From assembly GCA_030265395.1 (NCBI GenBank), contig JARFYF010000112.1:75877664-75937839 (forward strand): a stretch of 60,176 nucleotides of DNA. Direction: 5' to 3'. Below, in pieces: positions 26,001 to 38,057 of the stretch. Position 1 is the stretch's first letter. Every line of letters begins with the position of its first letter. Below the pieces are notes generated by a model. The model did not search any database. It saw nothing but the letters and a program-made list of their open reading frames with translations, and had not been told where the DNA came from. The translations under genes were made by a program, and so were the position numbers. Source of the stretch: Rhina ancylostomus (Eukaryota).

Positions 26001-29000
26001 TACGCCCCTTGGCTCTATATCTGAATCACTCTGCATGTCAGATCTCTACAGTCTTTCAATGTTTAGATAATATGCTTTTTTTATTTTTGTTGCCAAAAAG
26101 GACATTTTCAGAATTTCTCACCTTCTTCTGCCTAATAACCAAGAAGTCTCTGTTCTCTAATTCAGTTCATTGTATACCTTTTGATTTTCATTGTTTCACC
26201 AGTGGCAGTTATGTTTATGGCAGCCAAGTCCTGAGATTTATTTCCTGGGATTCATCCCTAAAACCTCTCTCTCTTGCTTCAGAGCTCCTTAATGCTTCAT
26301 CATCCAAACAGATTTTTAATTACCTATTCTTAAAACCCCTTATTTGGATCTGTCAGGTTCTGTTTAATAATGCTGCATTCAATGATTTATATTAAAGTTA
26401 TTATAAAAATTGTTGGGAAAAGTGGGGGAGGTAATGAAGCAGCCAGGGTCCTTACTCCAGGTCACAGCCCAGTGTCTACTGCAAGGGAAAGTATATGGAC
26501 AGTGGGTATAAACATAGTTGAGCAAATGATACAGGCTTGCGTGTAAAGAAGAGCAAGTGGGCCAAGGTGTAAAATGGGTGACCATCGTAAATGTAAACAG
26601 ATCAAAAATAAAGTAGTTGGAAGAGATTTTAAGAAATATGATTTCAATTTAAGGATTTAGTTTTAAGGAGCCTTTTTTTAAATTAGTTTTCTCCTTTATC
26701 TTTTACAGATGTGGCCATTTAGAGGGTGATCCCAAAGAAGTTTCACCTGTGTTTACCCAATTTATTGAATGTGTCTGGCATCTGATGGAACAGTTTCCAT
26801 GTGCTTTTGAGTTTAATGAGAAGTATCTATTGGAGATCCATGACCACATCTACTCTTGCCAATTTGGTAACTTCATTGGAAACTCCCAGAAAGAACGTCA
26901 AGAGTTAAAGTGAGTTTCATGTAAACATTAATGTTATGAAGGAACTAGACTAGTACCATTGTGGTTTAGATACCCTATTTAGTTTTATGCTCTTTGGTTA
27001 GTATGTTATATTGAATTGTCTTTGAATCCTAGTATTGTGTCTTTAACTGACTCACCTATGAAGTGTAGCTTAAGCCAACTGACATACTGACTAATATTAA
27101 TTGTTTTGCAATGGAAGCATAGAAACATAAATAAAGCTTTTCTGTAAATGCTCTTGTAAGGAAAAATGCTGTTGAGCCATAGGGATCAGAACTCCTAGTT
27201 TGTGTAACATTAACTGACATCAGCCATAACAACAGGATGCTACAGATCGCCTCACAGTGTTGACAAAAAAATGTCCCATTCCTAAATGCTCTAATTTTGT
27301 CTCACCTGCGGGTTGCACTTGTGTGCCACCAGATGAGGTCGGAATTCGCCATGTTTTTGATGCCTTCAATAATCGTCAATAGTTAAGTTAGAGCATTTAC
27401 TGAATGGTTATTTGAATGAGATAATTAGGAAGTAATGGAAGTGCACATATACACTTGTCTTCATTGAAACTTGATCTCTTGAGGAGAATAAAATTTGATT
27501 TAAAAGCAGTGTCAGTTACTAATTTCTTTGTTAATGGGTATGATTTTCTTAACCATAAAAACAGCAACCATACACTTATACATTATGATTGCTTATATAA
27601 TATTGAATATTTTTCTTGTAATTATAGATTACAAGAAAGGACTCATTCCTTGTGGCCGTTCCTACTGGAAAAGCAATACCAGTACCAGAATCCCCTGTAT
27701 AAACCCAGTGCAATAAATACTGTGTTAAAACCCAATACTGCTCCTTTTAACTTCAGGTAAGTGTGAATCCAAAACTCAAACTCATTTTTGTTTTGTCTTG
27801 GTGTTGGTGTTAACTCTTTAAAAAAAACTGGAAAATATTTTAATGACAGGACTTCTTGATCAGTTGATGTATAAAGACATCAAAAATGTCAGGCATCGGT
27901 GTAGAGAGTAAAAGAGTTAATGTTCAAGGTCTATCATCAGGACTGGGAAAAGTGAGGTAAACAGGGTTTTAGATGCAGGGAAAAGTGAGAAGGGAGGGGA
28001 GAATAAAAATGGAAGTCAGGTTAAATTTAATGACAAAGTGACAGTGGTGAAAGAGACAAGTAACGGGGCAACCAAGTGAACAAAAGGTCTGTCTGAAGGA
28101 GAGGTGAATGGGGAAGATGAGAAAATTATCTGAAATAATCAGAAAAAGAATTCTGATTCTGGAAATCTGAAGTGAAATTGCTCATAACTTTTCTATTTTG
28201 CTGTCTAGAAGGTTGTAATGGGCAAGTGAGGTACTTGCTAATGTGACAACAGGATATGTTGGAAATATTCAGCAGATTAGGCAGTATTTGTGGAGAGGTA
28301 TCAGAATTAACACTTCACATTGATGACTGGAAAATCTCAGCAATTCAGCTTTCTTTTGGATTTCAATTATCTGCAATTTTTTTGCTTTTTGATTGCTGTT
28401 CCTCGAGCTTATATTGGCCTTTGTTAAAATAGTGTTAGGAAACAGAATTTTGAGCGATGGGATAGAGAATTAGTGACCAATATCTAGAAGCTTAATTATG
28501 TGAAGTAAATATCATATCGTAATTTGAAAGAAATACAAATAAATCTGTTTCTTCTGGAAAGTGTGCTTGGGGTTCAGATGGTCAGAAGGAGAACAGATGT
28601 TGCATTACATATAGTTGCACGCAGAGGGGCTGTAAAAAGTGGAATGGATATGGTGGGGTTAAAAGAGTGAACCAGTGTGTCCCTTGTCCCTGAAACTGCC
28701 TCTGATAGGATAGAAGAGAAGAAAATACATGTTGCTGGCAACACGTGGGTGAATATGGTGCCTTGTGTAAAGGTGGATTAGAAGGTTGTGCGTAGTTTCT
28801 TGCTGAGGTTGTTGATTATGACCAGATCTCTATAAGGAGCATTAAAAGTGATTTTGCACATGAGCAGTTGGTGAACCATTAACATGGGGACACCAGCCAA
28901 CCAGTCTTGCTGCTCCCAGTATTACCCACTGGAAGTAATTCAGGGATCTTAATCCACAAGGGACAGTAAGAAAACAAACATTTAAAAACTTAAACCTATC

Positions 29001-31749
29001 TCCAAGCTGTTAGGTTCTTGTGAGGCGGGTCGGTCAGATGAATGATTGACCTACTCTTAGATACAGGTCAGGGTTTTGGAGGACTTGGGGGAGGGGGTGA
29101 CCAGCCTGTCCTCAAGAGGTGGGGCAGTAGAGGTGATGTTGGTTGGCTGGCTGATGCAGGTAAGAAGGGAGAATGGTGGTTGGTGACCAACAATCTCTCG
29201 GGAAGCAGTTTCTTAATCTTTAAATGTGTCATTAAAAAAATACTTCAACCATGCTTTGGATTGAAAGAACTGATAAATGTCCTCCTTTCCCTGTAATACT
29301 TTTAAGCTAACATTATGAGATACTGAGGAATATTCTCATATTTTTATTTTCACCTCTATGGGACAACCAACACTGGCTGTGGTAAAGACGTCTTGCTTTC
29401 TTTGGTTTGCTGAATCAGAACATCAACAAAGTATTGACAGATTGACAGTTATTTTAATTGTCAATTACACAATGAGTGTTCTGTCAGGCAATTAGTGCTC
29501 TTGCCATCATACATTTGAGAGGAAAAAAATAATAATTTTGAGATTCCTTTTGTAAGTTTCTGTTTGTTCCATTCTTGGTGAAAATCCTTAGAGACCTTGT
29601 ATTCACATAGCATAGTCCTTTTCATTTTAAAAGTTCATTGCTACTTGTTATACATGCTTATATTTTTTATAAACATTCCTCCCATTCTCCTGTCTAGGTT
29701 CTGGTGTGGGATGTATAATCGTTTTGATAGAGGAATGCAACCAAAACAATCAGTTCTAGATTCTCTGCAAACTGCAATGAAACAGAAATCAGAACTGGAA
29801 GAAACTGTAGAAGATCTGAATCAGGTAAAAAGATTTAAAATGCCATGTAGGTGTTCCGTAATTAAAAAGTACAATTAAGTCTGTGAGGCCCTAGATTTCA
29901 TATTGCAATCTACACTACCTTCTATAGAAGAAATTAATTGGTTCATGTTAGCACTTGTGATATAAACATTCACCTCTGTTGCTTGTGCATAGGCTTCCTT
30001 AGTGACTCTCATCCATAATACTTTCTTCTCTCTGAAAATGGGTCATACTGTCTCCAAGCTCACTCAGTATTTTTACTTCCTGTCGCAGTACAATATATCT
30101 ATAGATGTTTTCTGTTTCTTGGAGGACAAAGCATCCCAAGTAAACCAGCAGGGAAATTGCTTCTTCTGCAAAGGGCATTTGTTTCCGTGGTAAAATATTA
30201 CTGAAAAATGTTGACTGCTAATGTCATTGATTACTGAAATATATATTATTAGGAAGGTGTAACAGCTCTCTTAATTTTGAAGGAAAGTTCCCAATTTTTG
30301 CTTAACTAATTTGGGTGGTAACTGGCAAGGGGCTTCACCCCTGCCTTTCTCCAAATAAGCCTTGTAAAGGAAGAGTTTTTTGGCTGTCTTTGAACTGCCA
30401 AGCAAAGCAAAAGAAATGGGTCAGCAAATGACTATTTCCTCATTATCCTACATTTTTATATTTTAAATGTTGGCGTAGGACTTGACCTCAAACTAATAAA
30501 AATACTTTCTCGTGCTTTTGAAGGATTCTTTTAGTCTAATACATAGTATTCCCTACAGTTATTTATATCAGATAAAATTATTCGCAGGCTCTGATAGCCC
30601 TGAGACAATGTGTTGGCAAACCATGCAATTGTCTTTGTATGGTGTACTCTCTTATATTTTTCAGCAAGGCATTGTGGCATACCAATCCAACTAATTTTTC
30701 TGAGGCATGGAAACCCGAAAGTTATGGGTGATTTCACTACTATTGTGTATGGAGCAGTGTTCAGTGAATACAATTCATGAAATATTGATAGTAAAGAGTC
30801 ACAAGAACCTTTGTTGTTTTGACATTTCAGTCTCATTGAGACTCATTGGGTCATATCTATGAACAACTTCCAAATATCAAGAAAGCTAGTTCCACTTTTT
30901 TTTTGGTTTTGTGTAGGACTTCTGTCATTGAGAATCTGACAACTACTTATTTACCTGGTGAGCATCTAAGTTTATACCAGTACATAACCCAGACCTCCAT
31001 GATTACACCAGAAGTACAATAAGAGTAGTAGGATCCATTTATGTAGCCAACTAAGTTGTTGTGTGACAAACTCCATGCTTTTAGAACTATTATTGCAACT
31101 CTGTTCCCATTGTGCATCAGTTTGAATGTAAAATTGACAAATTTGCGCTAGTGCAACACACAAAGTGTTAGAGGAACTCAGCGGGTCAGGCAGCATCTGT
31201 GGAGGGAAATGGGTAGTCGATATTTCAGGTCAAGACCCTTCATCTGAGTCCAACCTCTGCAGTCTTGTGTGTCTCCAAACTTGTGCTCGTGGTGATTTAG
31301 AGAAGTGTAAAATTGACTACTATTATGTTACTTACTTAATGTCCTTTTTATAATTGTTTTAGTCTAAGTAGCTTGAGCTGATGCACATTTCTTTGTTGAT
31401 TTTTTTTTTATTTTCCTTCACACAGAAACTTCTTCATTTGGATGAATCACACTCTGATACTCCTTTTACCTTACCAATGAAGCTTTCTACTGGGGAACAT
31501 ACTCTACAGATCCAAGTACTTAATGCTTCTCAGGACAATACAGAAGAACACAAAGCTCCACTAGCAAATGGCATGGATAAATTAGTAGAAACTATTTCTG
31601 ATGGGATTGAAGAAAGGGAAAATGTAATGGATTCTTCACTTACGCACGAGTCTGCTTCAAATCACATTGACTCCCTTGCGTTAGTCAAATTGAACATACA
31701 AGGAGATGAAGAACACCATGAAATATTTCAAGATAAGGATGAAAAATAA
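10926..31749 (+). CDS. MTMR8: Myotubularin-related protein 8 (phosphoinositide 3-phosphatase), spliced CDS of coding exons 2-14; exon 1 not visible
   Basis: 13 exons with GT-AG boundaries and compatible phases sum to 1908 nt (635 aa + stop). Contains a PH-GRAM-like N-terminus, [38 protein letters not shown], the HCSDGWDRT active site and a coiled-coil exon. [14 protein letters not shown] and adjacency to ASB12 favour MTMR8 over MTMR6/7. Confidence 0.93.
11721..11883 (+). CDS. MTMR8: MTMR8 exon 3 (163 nt) [54 protein letters not shown]
   Basis: ttttatag acceptor, CAG|gtacac donor, phase 0 to 1. Confidence 0.95.
15539..15696 (+). CDS. MTMR8: MTMR8 exon 4 (158 nt) (V)[13 protein letters not shown]...[17 protein letters not shown]
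   Basis: tttcag acceptor, GAG|gtgagt donor; overlaps ORF 15538..15729. Confidence 0.95.
18183..19060 (-). mobile_element. CR1-type LINE 3' fragment
   Basis: Minus ORF YYLNG...DLGVL...[14 protein letters not shown]; typical tail aggacaaggagagggc...ggcccctcaagcct. Confidence 0.8.
19070..19410 (+). mobile_element. tRNA-derived V-SINE (HE1-like)
   Basis: gctgttgcctca...gagttcagtc head and V-domain tgtggagtttgcacattttctctgtgac...tgggtttccttcaggtgctcc...tcccaca. Confidence 0.75.
19595..19735. mobile_element. Penelope-like terminal-repeat remnant
   Basis: gactgcagctgctggaatc...cgaaacatcaac...cacagatgctgctcgacccactgagttcctccagcag; same family at about 5640, 20820, 25100, 25730, 28250, 31150 and 57700. 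Confidence 0.65.
19785..20015 (-). mobile_element. LINE 3' tail, same family as 1-225
   Basis: Reverse complement aligns with 1-200 (gtcacttgtaccgaggtacagtgaaaaact; aaagtgcagtgca; aaggtagattgtga). Confidence 0.75.
20136..20264 (+). CDS. MTMR8: MTMR8 exon 5 (129 nt) [12 protein letters not shown]...[21 protein letters not shown]
   Basis: ttctcctag acceptor, AAT|gtaagt donor; myotubularin [10 protein letters not shown] motif. Confidence 0.95.
20354..20488 (+). CDS. MTMR8: MTMR8 exon 6 (135 nt) [27 protein letters not shown]...YVVDTRPK
   Basis: ttaacag acceptor, AAG|gtattt donor. Confidence 0.95.
21044..21176 (+). CDS. MTMR8: MTMR8 exon 7 (133 nt) [44 protein letters not shown]
   Basis: gtgatag acceptor, AAG|gtaaca donor; highly conserved myotubularin segment. 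Confidence 0.96.
22162..22271 (+). CDS. MTMR8: MTMR8 exon 8 (110 nt) (V)[36 protein letters not shown]
   Basis: tttttag acceptor, AAG|gtaatg donor. Confidence 0.95.
22840..22965 (+). CDS. MTMR8: MTMR8 exon 9 (126 nt), catalytic exon [42 protein letters not shown]
   Basis: ctctag acceptor, ATG|gtgaga donor; CX5R motif CSDGWDR at 22876-22896. Confidence 0.96.
24371..24420 (+). CDS. MTMR8: MTMR8 exon 10 (50 nt) [16 protein letters not shown](R)
   Basis: ttttcaag acceptor, AAG|gtaatc donor. Confidence 0.95.
24515..25070 (-). mobile_element. CR1-type LINE 3' fragment
   Basis: ORF 24693..25097: [29 protein letters not shown]...[14 protein letters not shown]. Confidence 0.8.
26709..26909 (+). CDS. 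MTMR8: MTMR8 exon 11 (201 nt) [37 protein letters not shown]...[18 protein letters not shown]
   Basis: ttttacag acceptor, AA|gtgagt donor; [10 protein letters not shown] motif. Confidence 0.96.
27628..27756 (+). CDS. MTMR8: MTMR8 exon 12 (129 nt) [26 protein letters not shown]...PNTAPFNF(R)
   Basis: attatag acceptor, CAG|gtaagt donor; T-x-SLW and NPLY motifs. Confidence 0.94.
29698..29824 (+). CDS. MTMR8: MTMR8 exon 13 (127 nt) [42 protein letters not shown] (coiled coil)
   Basis: tgtctag acceptor, CAG|gtaaaa donor; [10 protein letters not shown] motif. Confidence 0.94.
31426..31749 (+). CDS. MTMR8: MTMR8 terminal coding exon (107 aa acidic tail KLLHLDE...FQDKDEK*)
   Basis: Long pyrimidine tract + cacag acceptor, phase 0 matches exon 13, open to TAA at 31749. 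The sequence is poorly conserved, so the call rests on splice signal and frame. Confidence 0.82.
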   Translation, partial: KLLHLDESHSDTPFTLPMKLSTGEHTLQIQVLNASQDNTEEHKAPLANGMDKLVETISDGIEERENVMDSSLTHESASNHIDSLALVKLNIQGDEEHHEIFQDKDEK

Positions 31750-34700
31750 TTACTCATTTTAAAACAAATTGTATATGTGTTTGTTCCCAAACATATTTGT
31801 TCTTGATATTTTTATATCGTTCTGCAAAAGTGTCAAAAAGGGAAAATGCCAAGAAACAGCAGTGTAACAGAAATGTATTCCAGGATTAGAAAGGGAATCT
31901 TACTGCTTAAATCGCATGATTTATTTCAGAGAGAAAATTTTACAAAAATCACACTCTTAGTGTGAAAATTTATCCATTAGGAGACCCTAGTGGATATTTA
32001 GGTGAATGTCCATAATGGATGGGAAATTGTGGTTACTTTGGCCCTGAATTCTATTGATGAGGCTCCGGAATTCCTGATATGTTCCTAGTGATGAGGCNNN
32101 NNNNNNNNNNNNNNNNNNNNNNNNNNNNNNNNNNNNNNNNNNNNNNNNNNNNNNNNNNNNNNNNNNNNNNNNNNNNNNNNNNNNNNNNNNNNNNNNNNNN
32201 NNNNNNNNNNNNNNNNNNNNNNNNNNNNNNNNNNNNNNNNNNNNNNNNNNNNNNNNNNNNNNNNNNNNTATTGAGTGTAACCAATATATTTTCTAAAATT
32301 GGAAATTATTAAGTTTTTGATTTAATACTTAATAAACAGATTATGATTGTTTTTCCCCTCTTTCATTATCTTCAGGTTTTTCCCCTCAGCTGCCTTTCTA
32401 TTACACTTTTTTTGATATGGCTTTACACCTGTCACCAGCTTTGTGATATTTTGGTTAATTAGCTGTTCATTGTGTAAGATAGTAATTATTCTCCAGTTAT
32501 ATTCAAATCTAATCGTGTTCTCAACATATCTCCACACTTGCATTTACCACTAGTTGCTGCAAAGCGTTCAGAGATAGGAACACGTGCAGCTGAAGTGCTA
32601 TCATTAAATGCTCTGCATTGACTCTGGATAGGATTTAGAGATAGGACCTCAGCTGAAGCCTGCTGCTGTCGCATCTATGATCTAGTAACTCAGCACAAGA
32701 AAGGGAATTCATCCAGGCTTTAGTGTGGAAAGACCCTTATGGGTTTGGTCACTGGAGGAAATTGTAATTAACTTATCTTTGCAGAATGCTTTGTAAGTGG
32801 GTTGTGATATCATTCTGCCAATTATGAACAATATCAAAAGTTTTCACAGTTCTTTCAATGTGATTGTGAGATATTATCACTTGATATTGCCTATTGAAAA
32901 GTTGTTCTGGTGCTATATTTGCTGCATAGTTAGTGCTAATTTCTTACTTCATTGGGCATTAGAAATATGAAATCTTTTTCATGAGGTTCAACAAAAAGTT
33001 TATTTTCTAATCATTAAAGAGTTGTCATTTGTATTTTTAATGTGTTTGGTTTATTGTTTTCTGTCATTTATTATCTGAAGTTGGACTCCAGGTTATTCAA
33101 ATTCTGAACTATCTTTATTATTTGCTATGCTTCCAGATTCATTTATCTAATCTCTGTAACCATTCTCAATGCCAAACCCAAGTTAGTGCCCCAGAAAGTC
33201 ATTCAGAGGGTATTTTTTGCAATTCTTTTGGGAGTAATGGTCTGGAGATTTATAATGTGAAGAATTGTTTGCCAGATGTTCAGTGTTCTTGTCCACTGGT
33301 GTTGTATGCTGTCAGTAGCAGATTTTCCCTCAGGATCCAGTCAGAAGCAAATGAGTAAACATTAACTGCAAGTGTTGTTAAGCTTCAGCTTCCCTAAAGC
33401 TTTTATTTCAAGACCATTTGTCACACAATTTCTTTTTGCAGCAAGTGTACAGGATTTTGTGATTTAAAATGGATCCTAATTTGTCATAATGAGTATTGTC
33501 CATATATACATGTGTAAGATGAAACTTTTGGTTCATGTTTTAAGGATAGAAAGGAGGATGCTTGCTTAAATATGAGTCATTGTGATGGAGATTACCGGGT
33601 TCATATTTGGGAATGCATTAATTTGCTAACCAGGTCCTGCTCTCCTTTCCTTCTCTGTCTACTCACTTGTACCAAGAGATTGTATTGCTGCAATTGAGAA
33701 GAATTTAGACCACTTTATCTTTTGCTACTGATTCAGTGCATGTACTATTGAAAATAGTTGGATTGGAGAAGGCAGTTTTTAAAGAATATTTAAAGTGAGA
33801 TCTGACTAAACTTTTTGGAAGCACACCACAACCATAGATAGATATGGTAGCATATAGTTAAATCAGTAGGGGACTGGAAAATTGTTCTCATCAGATGAGT
33901 TTGAAACCCACAATAGCAGTGAGTGAATTTAATTCAAGTAATTAAATAAAATCTAGAATGAAAAGCTATTATCGGTAAATGATCACCAGGAAATCACCAG
34001 ATTGTTGTAAAGTCCTTTTATGTCCTTGAAGGAAATCTGGCATCCTTCCCCGGTATTGGATACATGTGACTCAAAACACATTGTGGTATGGTTGAATGTC
34101 CTCTGAAGTGATTTCTTAAACCACTCTATCCAGGGGCAATTTATGCTGGCTGTGAACACTGGCCTAGCCAGTGACACCAATAGTCTTTGAATGAGTAAAT
34201 AAAACTGGGAGGAAGGAACTTACGTATTTTGCTAAATTATTTCAGCACCCAGGACAACTGTTTTAATGTAACTTATGAATATAATAAATATGCAAAATAG
34301 TTTGAATACAAGAATCTGTGGAATGTATGATTTAGATATGGTTTTACATAAAAAGTTTTCAGACAAACTTTTTGTCAGTGGGATCTTGAATGTCAAAGGA
34401 AAAGCTATGAAATACTTGGAAATCTTTTTATAAAATAGCTCCAGTTTTCTTTGCACATTTCTTTAAACCGCAAGCCAGTTTTCTATTCAATATGAATGCA
34501 AACATCTGCTTTGTTGATGGCTTCAACCAAGATGTAGGATTCCAGATGATGTTAACAGTCTAATCGACTGCTGGTGGGGATGAGCCAGATTCTGTGCTTA
34601 CTTGACGTTCTACAGAGACATTCCCTCCCTTGGAGTGCCAAGGGATTTTACAGTACTTTGCAGCCAATCTAGATTAAATGAGATAACACAGAACAGACTT

Positions 34701-34909
34701 GGAATCATCCCTAGATCTTGTGCTATTAATGGTTTTGTTAGCCATCTATCTTGTCATATGTCTTTCTTAAGCATTTAATAGACTGTGGCATGTTTGAATT
34801 TTACTGACTTTTGAACAGCATTTAAGTTAATTGATTAAAATACCTTGTAAGCAAAATGATAGCAATCAAAAGAGGTTTTTATAGAAAATGATTCTTGAAA
34901 ATGTTCTCT

Positions 34910-35375
34910 CATCATAGAGCAATACAGCACAGATACAGGCCCTTTGGGGCAACCAGTCCACGCCGACCATGGTGCCCACCCAGCTAGTCCCAGTTTCCTG
35001 CGTTCAGTCCACATCCCTCCAAGCCCCACCCCTCCATGCACCTATCCAAGCGCTTCTTAAATGATACTATTGTATCTGCCTAATTACTTCCTCTTGTAGC
35101 TTATTCCATATACTCACTGCCCTCTGCATGAAAAAGTTGCCCCTCATGTCCCTTTTGAATCTTTCCCCCCTCACCCTAAACCTATGCGTCCTAGTTTTAG
35201 TTTACCCTGGGGAAAAGACCGTTGCAATCCACCCTATCTATGCCTCTCATAATTTTAAACATTTCTATGAGGTTGCCCCTCATTCTCCTAATTTCCAAGG
35301 AATAAAGACCTAGCCTGACCAACCCTTCACTATAACTCAGACCCTCTAGTCCTGGCAACATCCTCGTAAATCTTT
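34910..35375 (-). mobile_element. CR1-type LINE 3' end (relatively young)
   Basis: RFTRMLPGLEGLSYSE.L.RLGLYSLE.RRMRGNLIE.FKIMRGIDRVD plus tail tcatagagcaatacagcacagatacaggccct. Confidence 0.85.
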
Positions 35376-36599
35376 CAGAAGTAGTCCTCTGATCAAAATT
35401 GATCAGTGAGATAATCCATTTCTGCCTATGGATCAATTTAAAACTTGCCTTTTATTTTGATATAATTTAGTTGCAGACCACCATATCGTTTGTGCTGCCT
35501 GGATTGGATAGTATGTCACATGCCACTGGAGAACTGATCAAGGCTGTGACTTGAACGAAAACATTGATGTACAATGTTTTATCTCAGATTTCCAAGATCC
35601 ATATTTTTTCCTTTGTTTTGGTGTAGAGGTTGATATTGCGTATTGTTTATAAAATGAATCCTTGCTGTTGCTGCTCAAATTTATCCAATTATTAAGTAAA
35701 TAAACAAAAGTACTCTCTAGGATTGCACAGCACTTTCCCATTGTCACACTGAATTATTAAGATGTTTAATGACTGGCTCAAAAGTGTATTTTTCTATCAG
35801 TGCATTTGAATGGTTGTGTTATTTATCTGTTAACACAAAACTGAAATGTTGTCGTTTTAATACCTGTTTCACTTGTTATTAATGTTTTGGAATTGATTGT
35901 TCAGCCATTTTAAATTGTTCCTGTCTGTACCTTCTTAACCAACCTTCTACAAAAGGAGTATGTAATTCCTTTATTTTCTTAAACTTAATATAGTAATTTG
36001 AAGGTTTTACTTTACAAAAAATATTGACAAACTGTCCTGTAAACAGTCAGAAAAGAAAATACAAATATTAGGTTGGATTTTGCTATATAGACATCTATGC
36101 AGGATGAGCTAAAAGGCAAGCTGTTTCCTGTGTATCCTATTATCTTGCCAACTTCACCTCATTCCTTCCTGTCCTGTTGATTTGGTGACAGTTTAGTTCC
36201 ATAAGCACCAGATGTCTTCCGCTATCATGAATATCAGAATTTGAACAAAGCATTCTTGGTAATTGTTGGTATTATGTCAGGATGAGATGTGATCAGATTA
36301 ATGTTTATGCTTGTGCTCTTCCAGTAGAATTAAGATACTGATCATAGAAGAAACTGATTTTTGCCATTTGTAATTAGAGGAGCAGGGAATGTCATTTGTA
36401 CAAATGTGCAACTGCAACCTGCTTGAAACAAGGCTGAAATTCATTTCTGGATTACATGGAGATCAGACAACAAAATGGAGTTATCAATAGCCCCACCAGC
36501 AAACACCAAGCATTAAAGATCAGATTATCTATCATCTTATTGAATGACAAAGTGGGCTTGAGAGGCCATACAAGCATTACACTCCATTCCCTCAGGCAA

Positions 36600-37400
36600 T
36601 CTCCACCCAAAACGTCTTACCATGGTCTCCATGATCACCACCAATCCCACATGATCCTATTCTCTCTCATTCCCAAGATTCATAGGCAGGATTGTCCTAG
36701 CAGACCCTTATTTCAACCATTTTTTGGGTCTCAGAATTATTTCTTATTATCTAAACCTTATTTTTGCTTTATTTATCCAGTTGCATATGATCTGTATCTA
36801 CCACTCTTCTGATACCCACCAGCATTAAAAATAAATACTGTACTTCACAGTCATTTTTTTCTTTGAGTATTCAGTACCTCAACAGCTTCATCCACCTCCA
36901 GGATGGCATTATTATATTCTATCCATTGTTGCCACTTGCATGGCTGAACTTATTCTTACATTGAGCAACGTCTCTATTTGCTTTCTCCAAATGAATGTAA
37001 CCATGGGTCTTAGGTATGTTTGCCTTTTTGTGGGATTTGTGGAACTTGCTACTCAGAAACTTCCCTTGAATTGTAATGATGTCATCTTGTGTTGCATCAT
37101 ACATTCTGAACCGGAACATTTCATCAATTGTTTTAAATTTCTGTCCCAGCCTTGCCTTCACATGATCAATCTCTGATTCTTTTCCCTGTCTTTTGCATTC
37201 CAGTTCCTGGGGATAAATACTCAACCAACAAGTACTATACTCCTGTAGATACCTTGATTACAATACTGCCCACCCTGCTTTCTGAAAGCAGAACTCCGCT
37301 CCCTTTTAGTTTAATTCTTCTGCATCATATCTGCGATGATATCTCCTGCACCAGTGCTTCTGATGCCAACCAGGTTCTTGAGCCTGTTTCATCATGCAGC
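36600..37400 (+). mobile_element. Degenerate Penelope-like element reverse-transcriptase region
   Basis: Frameshifted motifs IPKIHRQDCPSRP, MAELILTLSN, FLQ...MG..YVCLFVGFVE, GDKYSTNKYYTPVD. Confidence 0.7.
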
Positions 37401-38020
37401 TGGATTCTGACTGATTTGCATCTTTACTTTGTCTGCCCATCTTAGTTTCAGACCCGCAAGACACTTGTCTAACAACAAGCCAATGTTGTCAGTTGACTTG
37501 GATTCCATTGTTTTTCAGGGAAGATTATATCAGTTTATCACTGACGTTTGTGAGGAAGTAATTCTCGATGTAACCCATGAATACATTTTCTATTGTTCTG
37601 GACTCTCCCACTGTGAGTCACTCACACAATTTAATGAAGTAGTTGGAACTCAACTTTCGACGCTAGCTATGACTATGCAATAATCTTAATTTTAGGCCTA
37701 TGGACTCGATGCTGCACACTTTCACTGCAAAATGTACACTTACCCCTTGTATCCTCAGACCCACTTCCTTAGTTGTGGGGTTTAATTAGAATTAATTTTT
37801 GTGGGAGGAGGGAAGATAAGGCAATCCTGTTCAGTTTTGTATTTGAAACCAATTTCAGAATCAGACTTGTAACATCTGGTAAGTTTTCACAAACACTGAA
37901 ATACTTAGATAGTGCTGGCAGCCTAAGCTGCCATTCTTTATGCATTACATTGGACAAGAAGGATTGCAAGCGATTTAATCTTTCCCCCAGCCCCACCAAA
38001 CATTCTCATTTTCTTTCACT

Positions 38021-38024
38021 CACA

Positions 38025-38057
<33 letters not shown>
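38021..38057. repeat. Compound (CT)n(CA)n microsatellite
   Basis: cacactctctctctctctctcacacacacacacacac. Confidence 0.9.

Noticed and set aside
29825-29878. Read-through of MTMR8 exon 13 into the intron as an alternative C-terminus
   Set aside because: Only 17 codons, expected by chance; a good donor and a phase-matched downstream exon exist.
10926-31749. Alternative call MTMR6 or MTMR7
   Set aside because: [20 protein letters not shown] and position directly upstream of ASB12 favour MTMR8; a tree would settle it.
31750-36100. MTMR8 polyadenylation site
   Set aside because: Several AATAAA/ATTAAA hexamers (e.g. 32331, about 33013, about 35699) occur in AT-rich DNA and none can be singled out without transcript data.
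37429-37683. 84-aa ORF in apparently non-repetitive sequence, with a tgtgagtcactcaca palindrome
   Set aside because: No recognisable protein similarity or convincing splice pair; a lone AP-1-like site is weak evidence.
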